Source: Pseudomonadota bacterium (lineage in GTDB: Bacteria; Desulfobacterota; Desulfobacteria; Desulfobacterales; RPRI01). Taken from it: a stretch of DNA of 64,000 nt. Under the pieces are notes generated by a model that was not told the origin of the DNA, made no database searches, and saw only the letters and a program-made list of their open reading frames with translations. The DNA is taken from assembly GCA_043825875.1 (NCBI GenBank), contig JBDRRF010000031.1, positions 70,087 through 134,086 of the forward strand, given 5' to 3'. Below, in pieces: positions 29,318 to 39,258 of this stretch; position 1 is the first letter of the stretch; the number at the start of each line of letters is the position of its first letter. The translations under genes were made by a program, and so were the position numbers.

Positions 29318-31632
29318 GTAATTTTATTCTTTTCTTCCAGTGCTTTTAATATTTTTTCAGCACTTATGGGCAAACTGTTGATATTTACTCCGACAGCATC
29401 AAAGATTGCATTGGCTATTGCGGGGCCGACAGGAGCTACGCTTCCTTCGCCGCAGGCCTTTGCACCGAAAGGTGCGTTCGGCTCATCCGTTTCAACTACA
29501 ATTATATCGGTTTGAGGCATTTCAAATGCCGTTGGCATATGGTAGCCCAAAAACGACGGGTTTAAAATGAGTCCATTTTCCATATTCAGATCTTCAAACA
29601 GACTGTACCCGATTCCCATATGAAGCCCGCCTTCAAGCTGGCCTTCCACCATAACAGGGTTAACCGGTTTGCCGACATCCATGGCAAAACAGAAGTTTTC
29701 CACATCAACCTGTCCGGTTTCCCGATCTACCTTAACTTCGGCTGTTCCTGCGCTGAAAATGTATGCCGGTGCGTAATTTCCCTTTCCTGTTTCAAATATG
29801 GCTTTTATTTCGGCAGCGTCGACTTCGTGACGCCATATTCCGTACCCTACGACTTCTTTACCTTTATTGTCTTCCTGAGAAGCCCAGATAGCTTCTCTAA
29901 AAGTCATGCCTTTATCAGGAGATCCCTTGATGTAAATTCTATTATCTCCTGCCTCAAGATCATCAATTCTTGCTTCAAGGCGTTTGGCAACAGCCTCAAA
30001 AAGCCTGTCTTTTGCATCGACAGCGGCTCGCTTTGTGGCCATGCCGGAGTGAAATGTTATCCTTTGACTGGCAGAACCTGCGCTGTAAGGGCAGATATCG
30101 GTATCACCGGATACAATCCTGATTTTATCCATATCGATTCCCAGTTCTTCGGCTGCCATCATGGCCATTACAGTGTCTGATCCCTGACCGATATCCTGAG
30201 CACCCGAATAAAGAGTGGCAAATCCCTCCGTATGAAGTTTGATCATTGCTGCGGCAGTATAATTGGCCGGAGTAATGTTGGCTGCGCGGCTGCCACCTGA
30301 GAGAGAGCCGCCGCTTCCCATACCGACACCTTTATCCAGTTTGTTCAATTTTCCACGTTTATCCTTCCATCCAATGCACATTGCAGCTTTTTCTATGGCT
30401 TCGGTGAATCCGCAGCTGGTTATATCCATTCCGGTTCCAGTCCTGTAACCGGTAGTAACGGCATTTTTGAGACGCAATTGTACAGGGTCCATTCCAAGCT
30501 CCCTTGCTATCAGGTCCATGTGCATATTCTCTGCAAAATGCGCCTGAGGAGCTGTATAGCCACGCCTTGCGCCTGCAACCGTTTTATTTGTATATACTCT
30601 TATAGAATTTAAACTTATGTTCGGGACCTTATAATCTATTCCCAGAAAAAGAGTTGAAAGAAATGGCCCAGGTAACCCCGAACCGCTATATGCGCCTCCA
30701 TCCATTATACATTTTACCTGCTTGGCGACAAGAGTTCCATCGCGCATAACACCTGTTTTCATATCAAAAATAATGGGATGACTGACTCTGGTGGTTCCAA
30801 ACTCTTCCTCACGGGAAAGTACAATCTTAACCGGCCGGCCGGTTTTTCTTGAAAGAGCGACACAACAGACATCCAAAGGAAAAAGTTCCGCCTTGCCTCC
30901 GAATCCCCCTCCCACTTTGGGTATAATCAGCCTTACCTTTTCTTCAGCAAGACCCAGAACATACGCAAGAATACTTCTGACATTATAAGGATTCTGAGTC
31001 GAGGTATATAAAGTAACCCGGCCGTCAAGTCCCCAAACACCGATTGAAGAATGAGGCTCCATTGCACAATGCGCCTGATACCTGGTTTCATAACGATGCT
31101 CGAATACTCTGTATGATTCCCTGAATCCTTGTTCCACATCTCCTGATTCTGTGAGAACCTGGTTTGATATATTCCTTTCAAACTCGTCATGAATAAGCGG
31201 AGCGCCGGGCTCCAATGATTCGAACGGATCAAATACTGGCGGCAGTTCTTTATAGTCCACACGGATAAGTTCTAAGGCCTCCATTGCCGTATCTTCATTA
31301 ACAGCTGCTACAGCCGCTACTTCATCTCCTATATAGCGCACCTTATCCAGACAAAGGGCAGGTTGGTCCCATATGGGCCGGTTTGAGGCAGCAACACCCA
31401 TTTTCCTGTCTCCGATATCTTTACTTGTTATAACCGCTTTCACTCCGGAAAGCTTTTGCGCCCTGCTTATGTCTATGTTTAGAACGCGTGCATGAGGGTA
31501 GGGGCTTCTTAATATCTTGCCGGTTAACATACCGGAAAATTTCAGGTCATCGGTGTAAATGGCCTTTCCCGTGACCTTTTCCAGAGAATCAACTTTATGT
31601 AAAGGCTTGCCCACTACACAATATTCTTTCAT
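29314..31632 (-). CDS. Xanthine dehydrogenase-family molybdopterin-binding subunit (paralog 2)
   Basis: KVTGKAIYTDD, RSPYPHA, MEPH, GGGFGGK, GQG, GQLEGG, GAKACGE. Confidence 0.93.
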   Translation of the reverse strand: MKEYCVVGKPLHKVDSLEKVTGKAIYTDDLKFSGMLTGKILRSPYPHARVLNIDISRAQKLSGVKAVITSKDIGDRKMGVAASNRPIWDQPALCLDKVRYIGDEVAAVAAVNEDTAMEALELIRVDYKELPPVFDPFESLEPGAPLIHDEFERNISNQVLTESGDVEQGFRESYRVFEHRYETRYQAHCAMEPHSSIGVWGLDGRVTLYTSTQNPYNVRSILAYVLGLAEEKVRLIIPKVGGGFGGKAELFPLDVCCVALSRKTGRPVKIVLSREEEFGTTRVSHPIIFDMKTGVMRDGTLVAKQVKCIMDGGAYSGSGLPGPFLSTLFLGIDYKVPNISLNSIRVYTNKTVAGARRGYTAPQAHFAENMHMDLIARELGMDPVQLRLKNAVTTGYRTGTGMDITSCGFTEAIEKAAMCIGWKDKRGKLNKLDKGVGMGSGGSLSGGSRAANITPANYTAAAMIKLHTEGFATLYSGAQDIGQGSDTVMAMMAAEELGIDMDKIRIVSGDTDICPYSAGSASQRITFHSGMATKRAAVDAKDRLFEAVAKRLEARIDDLEAGDNRIYIKGSPDKGMTFREAIWASQEDNKGKEVVGYGIWRHEVDAAEIKAIFETGKGNYAPAYIFSAGTAEVKVDRETGQVDVENFCFAMDVGKPVNPVMVEGQLEGGLHMGIGYSLFEDLNMENGLILNPSFLGYHMPTAFEMPQTDIIVVETDEPNAPFGAKACGEGSVAPVGPAIANAIFDAVGVNINSLPISAEKILKALEEKNKIT

Positions 31633-31650
31633 TGATTTCTCCTTCAGCTA

Positions 31651-34014
31651 TTATTTATTAATGTCTTTGCAATCCAGCATCTGTTTATTGGCGCTTTTCT
31701 CTTGTTCTTCCAGCGCCTTTAATATTTTTTCAGGGGTTAACGGCAGGTTTTTAATTCTTACACCAATGGCATCATAAATGGCGTTTGCAATAGCAGGAGC
31801 AACCGGTGCAAGACTTCCTTCACCACATGCTTTAGCGCCGAAAGGGCCCAGCTTTTCATCGGGTTCAATCAAAATAATATCCATTTCAGGCATTTCATAA
31901 ACAGTAGGAAATTTATAATCAATATACGATGCGTTCATAATTGATCCATTTTCGGTTTTTATATTTTCCATCAGGCTGTATCCAAGACCCATGTGAAGCC
32001 CTCCTTCCAGTTGGCCTTCTACACCGACCGGGTTAATTGCTGTGCCGCAGTCCTGGGCGAAACAGAATCTGCTTACGTCAATTTGGCCTGTTTCCTTATC
32101 TATCTTAACTTTGGCGGCACCGGCACAAAAAACATATGCCGCACAATAATTTCCGAATCCTGTTGCATAGATTTGTCCCAATACTTCCGGTTTCTCATCA
32201 TGCCGGAAATGCCCCCGGCCAATAATTTCCTGGCCATTATTATCTTCCTGACAAATCCAGATTGCTTGTCTGAAAGTCATTCCTTTTTCAGGTGTTCCCT
32301 TGACGTATATGCGATTGTCCTTTGCCTCAAGATCTTTGATGTTTGCTTCGAGTTTTTTTGCTACCACCTCAAAAAGTTGTTTTTTTGCATCTGCGGCCGC
32401 CAGCCTGGATGCATTGCCTGCATGGAATGTAACTCTTTGACCCCATGTTCCGGCATCATATGGACAAAGGTCGGTATCACTTACCATAAGCATTATCTTG
32501 TCCATGCTGATGCCCAGTTCCTCTGCTGCTATCATGGGAAGTACTGTGCCTGAACCCTGCCCGCAATCGGTAGCTCCGGTATAAAGGGTGGCAAAACCCT
32601 CTTTGTGCAGCTTTATCATTACAGATGTTGTATAATTCATCGGTGTTATATCAGGAGCATAACTGCTTCCCGAAACCGAACCGCCGCCACCCATTCCGAC
32701 TCCGACAGCCTTTTCTTTTTGTTTGCCGCGTATGTCTTTCCAGCCAATGCAGTTTGCTGTTTTTTCTATTGCCTCAGGAAATCCGCAGCTTGTTACTTTA
32801 ATACCGGTACTGCTGGTATAATTGGGGCCGATAGCATTTTTCAGACGAAATTCCACAGGATCCATTCCAAGATCTTCTGCGATTTCATCAAGATGGGAAC
32901 ATTCGGCAAAACGCACCTGGGGAGCTGTATAGCCGCGCCTTGCGCCCGCAATGGTTTTATTGGTATAGACCCTTAATGCATTCAAACTGAGATTGGGAAC
33001 CTTATAATCCAGACGCAAAAAAAGAGTTGAAAGAAAAGGGCCTGCTCCACCGGCACCACCGGCACCGTATGCGCCTCCATCCATTATATTTCTGATTTTC
33101 TTGGCAAGAATAATTCCGTCTTTTGTAACGGCGGTTTTTATTTCAACTGTTATTGGATGACTGACCCGGCTGGTGCCAAATTCCTCTTCTCTGGTTAATG
33201 TTATTTTTACCGGATACCCAGTTTTTTTTGAAAGCAGGGCACAGCATACATCCATCGGCATGAGCTCAACCTTTCCCCCGAAACCCCCTCCCAAAGCAGG
33301 CACTATTACTCTGACTCTGTCTTCGGGAAGGCCCAATACAAATGCCAGAACAGTTCTTATTTGATACGGGGCCTGCGTGGAAGTCCATAAGGTTATCCTG
33401 CCATTATTATCCCAACTGCCTAGCGATGTATGTGGTTCCATTGCACAATGGGCATGACAATGACTTTCATAGCGGCTCTCATACACCTTATAGGAATCCT
33501 TCAAAGCCTGCTCCACATCTCCTGCTTTAAGTAAAACCTGGTTTGAAATATTTTTTTCAAATCCTTCATGAATGATCGGGGCATCGGGTTCCATAGCTTC
33601 ATACATGTCAAATACCGCAGGCAGCTCCTTGTAATCCACTTTGATAAGTTCAAGAGCCTCCATAGCCGTATCTTCATCTGTGGCGGCAACAGCAGCGACT
33701 TCATCTCCTATGTATCTGACCTTGTCAATACAAAGAGAAGTCTGATCCCATAAAATATCACGTGTCGCAACAGATGTGCCCATCTTGAGGGAGCCGGTAT
33801 CCTTGCCGGTAATAACTGCTTTAACTCCGCGAAGCTTTGTTGCTTTGGATGTATCAATATTTAAAATTTTTGCATGAGGAAAAGGGCTTCTTAAAAGCTT
33901 GCCGGTAAGCATTCCGGCCATTTTTACATCATCCGTATAAATAGCCTTGCCGGTTACTTTGGAAACGGCATCAGTTCTTGGAGTGGATTTACCTACTATA
34001 GAGTAATCTTTCAT
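31651..34014 (-). CDS. Xanthine dehydrogenase-family molybdopterin-binding subunit (paralog 1)
   Basis: Same motif set, visibly collinear with paralog 2; start at MKDY after GGAG. Confidence 0.93.
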   Translation of the reverse strand: MKDYSIVGKSTPRTDAVSKVTGKAIYTDDVKMAGMLTGKLLRSPFPHAKILNIDTSKATKLRGVKAVITGKDTGSLKMGTSVATRDILWDQTSLCIDKVRYIGDEVAAVAATDEDTAMEALELIKVDYKELPAVFDMYEAMEPDAPIIHEGFEKNISNQVLLKAGDVEQALKDSYKVYESRYESHCHAHCAMEPHTSLGSWDNNGRITLWTSTQAPYQIRTVLAFVLGLPEDRVRVIVPALGGGFGGKVELMPMDVCCALLSKKTGYPVKITLTREEEFGTSRVSHPITVEIKTAVTKDGIILAKKIRNIMDGGAYGAGGAGGAGPFLSTLFLRLDYKVPNLSLNALRVYTNKTIAGARRGYTAPQVRFAECSHLDEIAEDLGMDPVEFRLKNAIGPNYTSSTGIKVTSCGFPEAIEKTANCIGWKDIRGKQKEKAVGVGMGGGGSVSGSSYAPDITPMNYTTSVMIKLHKEGFATLYTGATDCGQGSGTVLPMIAAEELGISMDKIMLMVSDTDLCPYDAGTWGQRVTFHAGNASRLAAADAKKQLFEVVAKKLEANIKDLEAKDNRIYVKGTPEKGMTFRQAIWICQEDNNGQEIIGRGHFRHDEKPEVLGQIYATGFGNYCAAYVFCAGAAKVKIDKETGQIDVSRFCFAQDCGTAINPVGVEGQLEGGLHMGLGYSLMENIKTENGSIMNASYIDYKFPTVYEMPEMDIILIEPDEKLGPFGAKACGEGSLAPVAPAIANAIYDAIGVRIKNLPLTPEKILKALEEQEKSANKQMLDCKDINK

Positions 34015-34082
34015 TTTATCCTCCATAAACAAATTTATTTATGTGGATCAGGATTTGTTTATATCAGTTATATTATCAATTG

Positions 34083-35534
34083 CTATAAACCCCATCCACC
34101 GCCCAAAGCCCGATGAAGGGTTACACGGTTTTGTAAAATGGTAAGGTCGGATGCAATGATTTCTTCCTCGGCCAAAAATCTGGCCTGTACAGCGTCTAAT
34201 ACCGTCAGATAGTCCACTATCCCCCGGTCATAGCGAAATTCGGCCATTTCCTGGGTTGCTTTTGCCTCATTCAAAAAATCGTTCAGCTGCTCTCTTCTCA
34301 GGATCTGCTGTTTTCTGATCAACAGGGCATTTTCAACTTCGGCAAAAGCCGAAAGTACTGTTTTGGCATAATCGGATACACCTTGCTGATAACGGGCCTG
34401 TGCAATATCGTATCCGGCTTTCCGGCTGCCTGCATCAAAAACAGGAGCGGTTATTCCGGAGGCAATATTCCATAATTCACTGGCCGGTGTAATCAGACTG
34501 CTCAGTTCATCGCTGGCATAACCAAAGCTTGCGGTTAAACTGATTGCAGGAAACCTGTTGGCTTTTGCTTGCCCCACTCTGGCATTTAAAGCCATAAGTT
34601 GTGCTTCAGCAGCCCGGATATCGGGCCTTTGCTTGAGAAGATCCGAAGGTAAACCGCCGGGAACAGGGGGTAGATGATCAATATAATTTTTTGGCTTAGT
34701 TTCCTGTGAAGTATTTTCCGGATATTTACCGCATAGTATGGCAAGATTGTTTTGGCTTACTTGCAATGCCTGGTGCAAAGACGGCTGAGCTGATTTAACC
34801 TGGGAAAGACTTCTTCTGGCCTGCCTGACCTCCAGAGCATCGGTAAGACCTGCTGTGTAGCGTTTATCAACTAAATTTAAACCGGTCTGATAATTTTGAA
34901 TGCGCTGTTCGTTTAGCTGTATTTGCCGGTTTAAAGATTCAATTTTAAGATAAAGACTAACCACTTCAGCAATAACGCTTTGGATAATCGTATCCCTGTT
35001 TTCTTCAGCCTGCAAAAGATCGGCTTTAGCCGCTTCATCCGCCCTTGCAAGACGACCCCAGAGATCCAGTTCAAAGGTGGCCGGAATTGATAATCCATAA
35101 CTGTTTGTGGTAATGCGTTTTTCACTTGTAATAAAACCGATGCCGCCTGCTGGCAAAACGGTTGGAGAAGTCATATCAACTGTAGACTGATTACGTTTTG
35201 CCTGCCCTGCGATATTCACACTTGGAAAACGGTTTGCTCCGGTTTGAATCATCCTGCCTTTTTGCTCAAGAATAACGGCAGCCGCTTTTCTTATATCAGG
35301 ATTGTATTTAAATGCTTCGTCAACAAGATCATTTAATTTCGGATCACCGAATTCGCGCCACCAGAAGTCTTTTGTGCCGGACAATGCAGACAGCTTTTCA
35401 TCTTCCTGAATATAGGCTTTGGGTATATTGATTCCAAGTTCCGGCCTTGAATAATTATCGCCCATTTTCATGCAGCCCGAAATAAACAGGGCAGATATTA
35501 TGAAAGTATAAAGTACCCAAAATAAAGGCTTCAT
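34083..35534 (-). CDS. Outer-membrane efflux lipoprotein (NodT/OprM family)
   Basis: Lipobox FISGC, WWREFGD, FELDLWG, RPDIRAAE, ALGGGW; TGATG overlap with tetR. Confidence 0.93.
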   Translation of the reverse strand: MKPLFWVLYTFIISALFISGCMKMGDNYSRPELGINIPKAYIQEDEKLSALSGTKDFWWREFGDPKLNDLVDEAFKYNPDIRKAAAVILEQKGRMIQTGANRFPSVNIAGQAKRNQSTVDMTSPTVLPAGGIGFITSEKRITTNSYGLSIPATFELDLWGRLARADEAAKADLLQAEENRDTIIQSVIAEVVSLYLKIESLNRQIQLNEQRIQNYQTGLNLVDKRYTAGLTDALEVRQARRSLSQVKSAQPSLHQALQVSQNNLAILCGKYPENTSQETKPKNYIDHLPPVPGGLPSDLLKQRPDIRAAEAQLMALNARVGQAKANRFPAISLTASFGYASDELSSLITPASELWNIASGITAPVFDAGSRKAGYDIAQARYQQGVSDYAKTVLSAFAEVENALLIRKQQILRREQLNDFLNEAKATQEMAEFRYDRGIVDYLTVLDAVQARFLAEEEIIASDLTILQNRVTLHRALGGGWGL

Positions 35535-36187
35535 CAACAAATCTCCCCGGATTTTCCATATAGACCATGCAAAGCAAAGGAAACAATATGTTCTGTCAGC
35601 TGATTAATAAAGGTTTCATTGTATTCTTTTCCGGTGATTGTAGTAACAGGAAGCTGCGCAAGGGAAAAATACAAAGACATTGCGATCATGCTGAAAATAT
35701 TTAACTTTATTTTAATTTCATCCATATTTTCAGGCAGGTATGGTTTTAATTGTTTTATCAATACCTCAAAAAAGGGTACCATTCCTTCCTTGATAACAAT
35801 TTCAACGGCTCCGGTAGGATTATTGATTTCTCTGTGCATCATACTATTTAAACTTTCATTGCCTAAATTATTAAGATGCTTTTCTATAAAAACAAGTGTT
35901 AAGGTTCTTACAATAGTTTCAAGATTGATTTCAGTCTGTTTTGCAAGGTTGTCTTCGAATCGGGTTTCGATTTCGGCCAAACGGGGAAGAAGTTGATACC
36001 GAAACACGTCGAAGTAAAGATTTTTTTTATTGCCGAAATGATAGTTTACAGCTGCAAGGTTGCATTTTGCAGATTGTGTGATTTCTCTGACTGATACACC
36101 GTTGTAACCTTTTTGGGCAAATAATTTTTCTGCGGTTGCAAGAATGCGTTTTCTTGTATTGTCTGTCACATCGTTAGGAGATTTCAT
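35534..36187 (-). CDS. TetR-family regulator
   Basis: LFAQKGY..VSVREI...NLAAVNYHFGNK HTH. Confidence 0.93.
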   Translation of the reverse strand: MKSPNDVTDNTRKRILATAEKLFAQKGYNGVSVREITQSAKCNLAAVNYHFGNKKNLYFDVFRYQLLPRLAEIETRFEDNLAKQTEINLETIVRTLTLVFIEKHLNNLGNESLNSMMHREINNPTGAVEIVIKEGMVPFFEVLIKQLKPYLPENMDEIKIKLNIFSMIAMSLYFSLAQLPVTTITGKEYNETFINQLTEHIVSFALHGLYGKSGEIC

Positions 36188-36256
36188 GCTTTGCCTTTAT
36201 AGAAACAGGTGAAAAGCCAAAAGATACAAATAATTTTATTTTATGCTGCAATAGTA

Positions 36257-36305
36257 TAAAACATATATTTAAAACGTATGTATAAAACATTTGTTTTAAT
36301 GTCAA
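36257..36305 (-). promoter_or_regulatory. Probable TetR operator array overlapping promoter
   Basis: TAAAAC at 36257, 36270, 36283 (13-bp period); TAAAACA-TT-TGTTTTA perfect inverted repeat 36283-36298; minus-strand TTGACA at 36300-36305. Confidence 0.65.
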
Positions 36306-36514
36306 GTTTTTTTATAAAGATTTTCAAAAAAGCTTAATATGGAATGCTAAGAAATTATAATAAATTAATTGCTGAGATATTCGTGTTGTATTTGCTTTTG
36401 GAGACCTATCAATAAGGTTCCAGAGGCAACAGGCTGGCAGTTTTTTTCAAATCGAGAATCTTTGGTTTACTGACTTAATATGCATGCTGTTAAATTATTG
36501 CAAGTCCGAATATC

Positions 36515-37870
36515 TTAACTCGCAGCAAGTTTTTTCAAAAATGAAACAATTTCCCAGGAAAAGCCTTCCTTGCGGCACGGTAATATGGAATTATTTGTAA
36601 ATATCGGATCAGAATTAAGATCATAACGTGAACATTGAACTGCTTTTTCCCAGAGTGCGGTATGAGGAATTGGAGTATAATAAACAGGAATCGGTGTAAT
36701 TCCATTTTCGGCAACAATTTTTATCGATTTTATTACATTTTTTTCATCCTGACCCGGAAGTCCTGCCATAATGTAAGCTCCGATCTGCGTTTTTGAAAAC
36801 CCGGCTTCTTTTAAAGAAATAAGTGCCTGTTTAAATTCAAGTTCGGAAACCTTATTATCAAATCTGTTTGTATCAAAAAGTGTTGTCTCAAGTCCAAGCC
36901 TTACTGTTTTAAAACCTGCTTTAAACATGAGCTTTGCCGTGTATTCTGAAATTTCTCTTACATGAAGAGCATTCGGGGTGTGGAAGCGTACATTTATTCC
37001 GGAATTTATTATTTTCTCAAGTAACGGTATTGCGTGGTTTTTTGCATCTATAAGGAAAGCATCATCGTAGAGTGCAAAATCGGTTATTTTGTGTCTTTTA
37101 TGCCAGTAAACTATTTCATTGATAACAGATTCAGGGTTTCTGAGCATTCGTTTTTTGTTAAGATAACCGGATGCACAGTATGCACATGAAAAGGGGCATC
37201 CTTTTGAAGTCAGAACCGGAATAAAAGTGGTTTTTGTTTCAAGATCAAAAGCAGGGTAAGGATAAGAATCAAGCTCTTCCGGGTCAAATTTTATACTGCT
37301 TGAAAATCCGGTATATTCTTTAACAAGTTCAAGAACGACTTTTTCTCCTTCTCCAGCAATTACCTTATCTGCGCCTGAGTATTTTATAGCATGGTCATGG
37401 CATAAAGAGGCATAGATACCTCCTAAAATAATGGGTGCAGACGGAAAATTTTTTTTTACAATGCGTATTGTTTCAAATACTCCAGGATACCAGTATGTCA
37501 TATGAGAAGTAATAAAAACTATATCTGGATGTTTTGATGCAAGAAGTTCTTTTTCAAACCATTGAGTTTGTATCCCGTATTGCGAATAATTTCTTGAAAT
37601 ATCGTCAAGGCCTTTTGGCTTTAAAATGCTGGTCTTGAGATAGGAGCCTCTTCCGTCTTTTTTTGAAGAAATAGATTTTTTTAAATCAGGGTGAAATCTG
37701 TTCAGGCAGTCAATATATGAAATATTACATCCATGGGTTCTTAATATTGATGCAAGATATAAAAGCCCTAATGGTTTGGCCCAATAATCATAGGCGGCAA
37801 AATCGTGTATCCACGGGTTTATTAGTAAAATATTTGGGGAGTCTGAAACCACAGGAAAATATTTTATCAA
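36515..37870 (-). CDS. B12-binding-type radical SAM protein
   Basis: LLINPW..DF...PLGL N-terminal domain; SKGCPFSCAYC CxxxCxxC. Confidence 0.88.
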   Translation of the reverse strand: MIKYFPVVSDSPNILLINPWIHDFAAYDYWAKPLGLLYLASILRTHGCNISYIDCLNRFHPDLKKSISSKKDGRGSYLKTSILKPKGLDDISRNYSQYGIQTQWFEKELLASKHPDIVFITSHMTYWYPGVFETIRIVKKNFPSAPIILGGIYASLCHDHAIKYSGADKVIAGEGEKVVLELVKEYTGFSSSIKFDPEELDSYPYPAFDLETKTTFIPVLTSKGCPFSCAYCASGYLNKKRMLRNPESVINEIVYWHKRHKITDFALYDDAFLIDAKNHAIPLLEKIINSGINVRFHTPNALHVREISEYTAKLMFKAGFKTVRLGLETTLFDTNRFDNKVSELEFKQALISLKEAGFSKTQIGAYIMAGLPGQDEKNVIKSIKIVAENGITPIPVYYTPIPHTALWEKAVQCSRYDLNSDPIFTNNSILPCRKEGFSWEIVSFLKKLAAS

Positions 37871-38349
37871 CTTTCATTTTCTGTTGAAAAGTACTGCATG
37901 GATGTTTTTTTTAGTTCTTTACGGCTGAATAATACTGTATAGTTTTTAACACCTGTTGCTTCTGACATTTTATCAATTGTTTTCAAACAGGATTCTTCGG
38001 TTTTAGCATGAACCATAGTATACAGGTTATATGGCCAATCCTTATTAGGATTTCTCCGGTAACAATGTGATACCTGCCTGAAGGAAGCGAGCTTTTTCCC
38101 GACTTGTTCAACAATATCTTCATCTACTTCCCAGGCTGCCATGGCATTTGCTTCAAAGCCTGAATTCTGATGACAAAGAGTTGCTCCAAAACGCCTTATA
38201 ACCCCTTTTTCTAAAAGCCGATTAAGAGTATCAAGCAAAGTCTTTTCAGTAATATTGAGCTGTTTTGCTATTTTGGCATATGGCCGTTTTAAAACAGGCA
38301 TATCGCCTTGTATTGAAGCGATAATTTTTTTTTCAAGCTCTGTAAGCAT
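37867..38349 (-). CDS. ahbB: Siroheme decarboxylase subunit, AhbB/NirH-like (Lrp/AsnC fold)
   Basis: GVIRRFGA, NAMAAW, VSHCYRR, WPYNLYTMVH, ELKKTSM. Confidence 0.8.
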   Translation of the reverse strand: MLTELEKKIIASIQGDMPVLKRPYAKIAKQLNITEKTLLDTLNRLLEKGVIRRFGATLCHQNSGFEANAMAAWEVDEDIVEQVGKKLASFRQVSHCYRRNPNKDWPYNLYTMVHAKTEESCLKTIDKMSEATGVKNYTVLFSRKELKKTSMQYFSTENES

Positions 38350-38387
38350 ATTTATATCATTAAATTATTATGTGTTAGCTTACAAGG

Positions 38388-38891
38388 TTATTCTTTTAAT
38401 TGGCCATACTTTTCAAGCAAATTTCCACTTGAACTAAAAGATATGGTATCAGACCCATATAAAATGCCGCCTAAGAGAATTTTCCCTTGTATGTTATAGT
38501 CAATTTGTTTCTTGCCGGTTTTAGAACCAGGCATAAGCAATTTTATTATTACAGAAATCAAATCAAAGGAGTTCGAGTTAATTTCTAAAGGTACAATTCC
38601 TGTGCCGTGAGCCGGAATAGAAAATATTTCATCAGAGACCGCAGAAGCAATATGCTGACCTGCAATTTCAACATCACATTCTATCGTTTTAATATTAAAC
38701 GGTATAAAATTTGGATTATATACCTCAATATTAACACTAAACACAGCTTCGAGGTTTTTTATTTCCTTAATCTGAATACTGTTTAGATGAACCTCGGGCT
38801 TTTTTAAAAGTTTTCCACAGCCAGAAAGGGTTAGCATTAACAAAAACAAACATAATATTCTAAGAATTGATAATGTAAGGTGTTTAGCCAT
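38388..38891 (-). CDS. LEA type 2 / WHy-domain lipoprotein
   Basis: Lipobox LSGC, P.V, NPN motif, IPA.G. Confidence 0.8.
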   Translation of the reverse strand: MAKHLTLSILRILCLFLLMLTLSGCGKLLKKPEVHLNSIQIKEIKNLEAVFSVNIEVYNPNFIPFNIKTIECDVEIAGQHIASAVSDEIFSIPAHGTGIVPLEINSNSFDLISVIIKLLMPGSKTGKKQIDYNIQGKILLGGILYGSDTISFSSSGNLLEKYGQLKE

Positions 38892-39096
38892 TTTATTTAT
38901 TATTTACAATTAAATATATATGCCTAATAAATCCAACAAGATTATATCCATTAATAACTTAAGTCTTGTATTATGATAGCGCTTATAGGTCAATAATTTT
39001 TATAAAAAGAAGTCCGACTCCATATATATAACCCTTCTCCCACTATTTAAAAAGCTATAAATACACTCTATAAATAACATGAATATACATTGAAAT

Positions 39097-39117
39097 TATC
39101 TATTGGACAAATAGATA
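39097..39117. promoter_or_regulatory. Candidate operator upstream of the 13-gene operon
   Basis: Perfect 8-5-8 inverted repeat TATCTATT-GGACA-AATAGATA. Confidence 0.35.
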
Positions 39118-39258
39118 TTATATCTTGTAGTTGTTATGTGCCTATATAGTCATATTTGAAGTTTAAGAGAGTAAAAATTATATTTTATATAATAAACCGT
39201 ATGCTTCATTTCAACTTAAGGCAAAAGACTCATATCAAATTTAATTGCGGATAAATAT

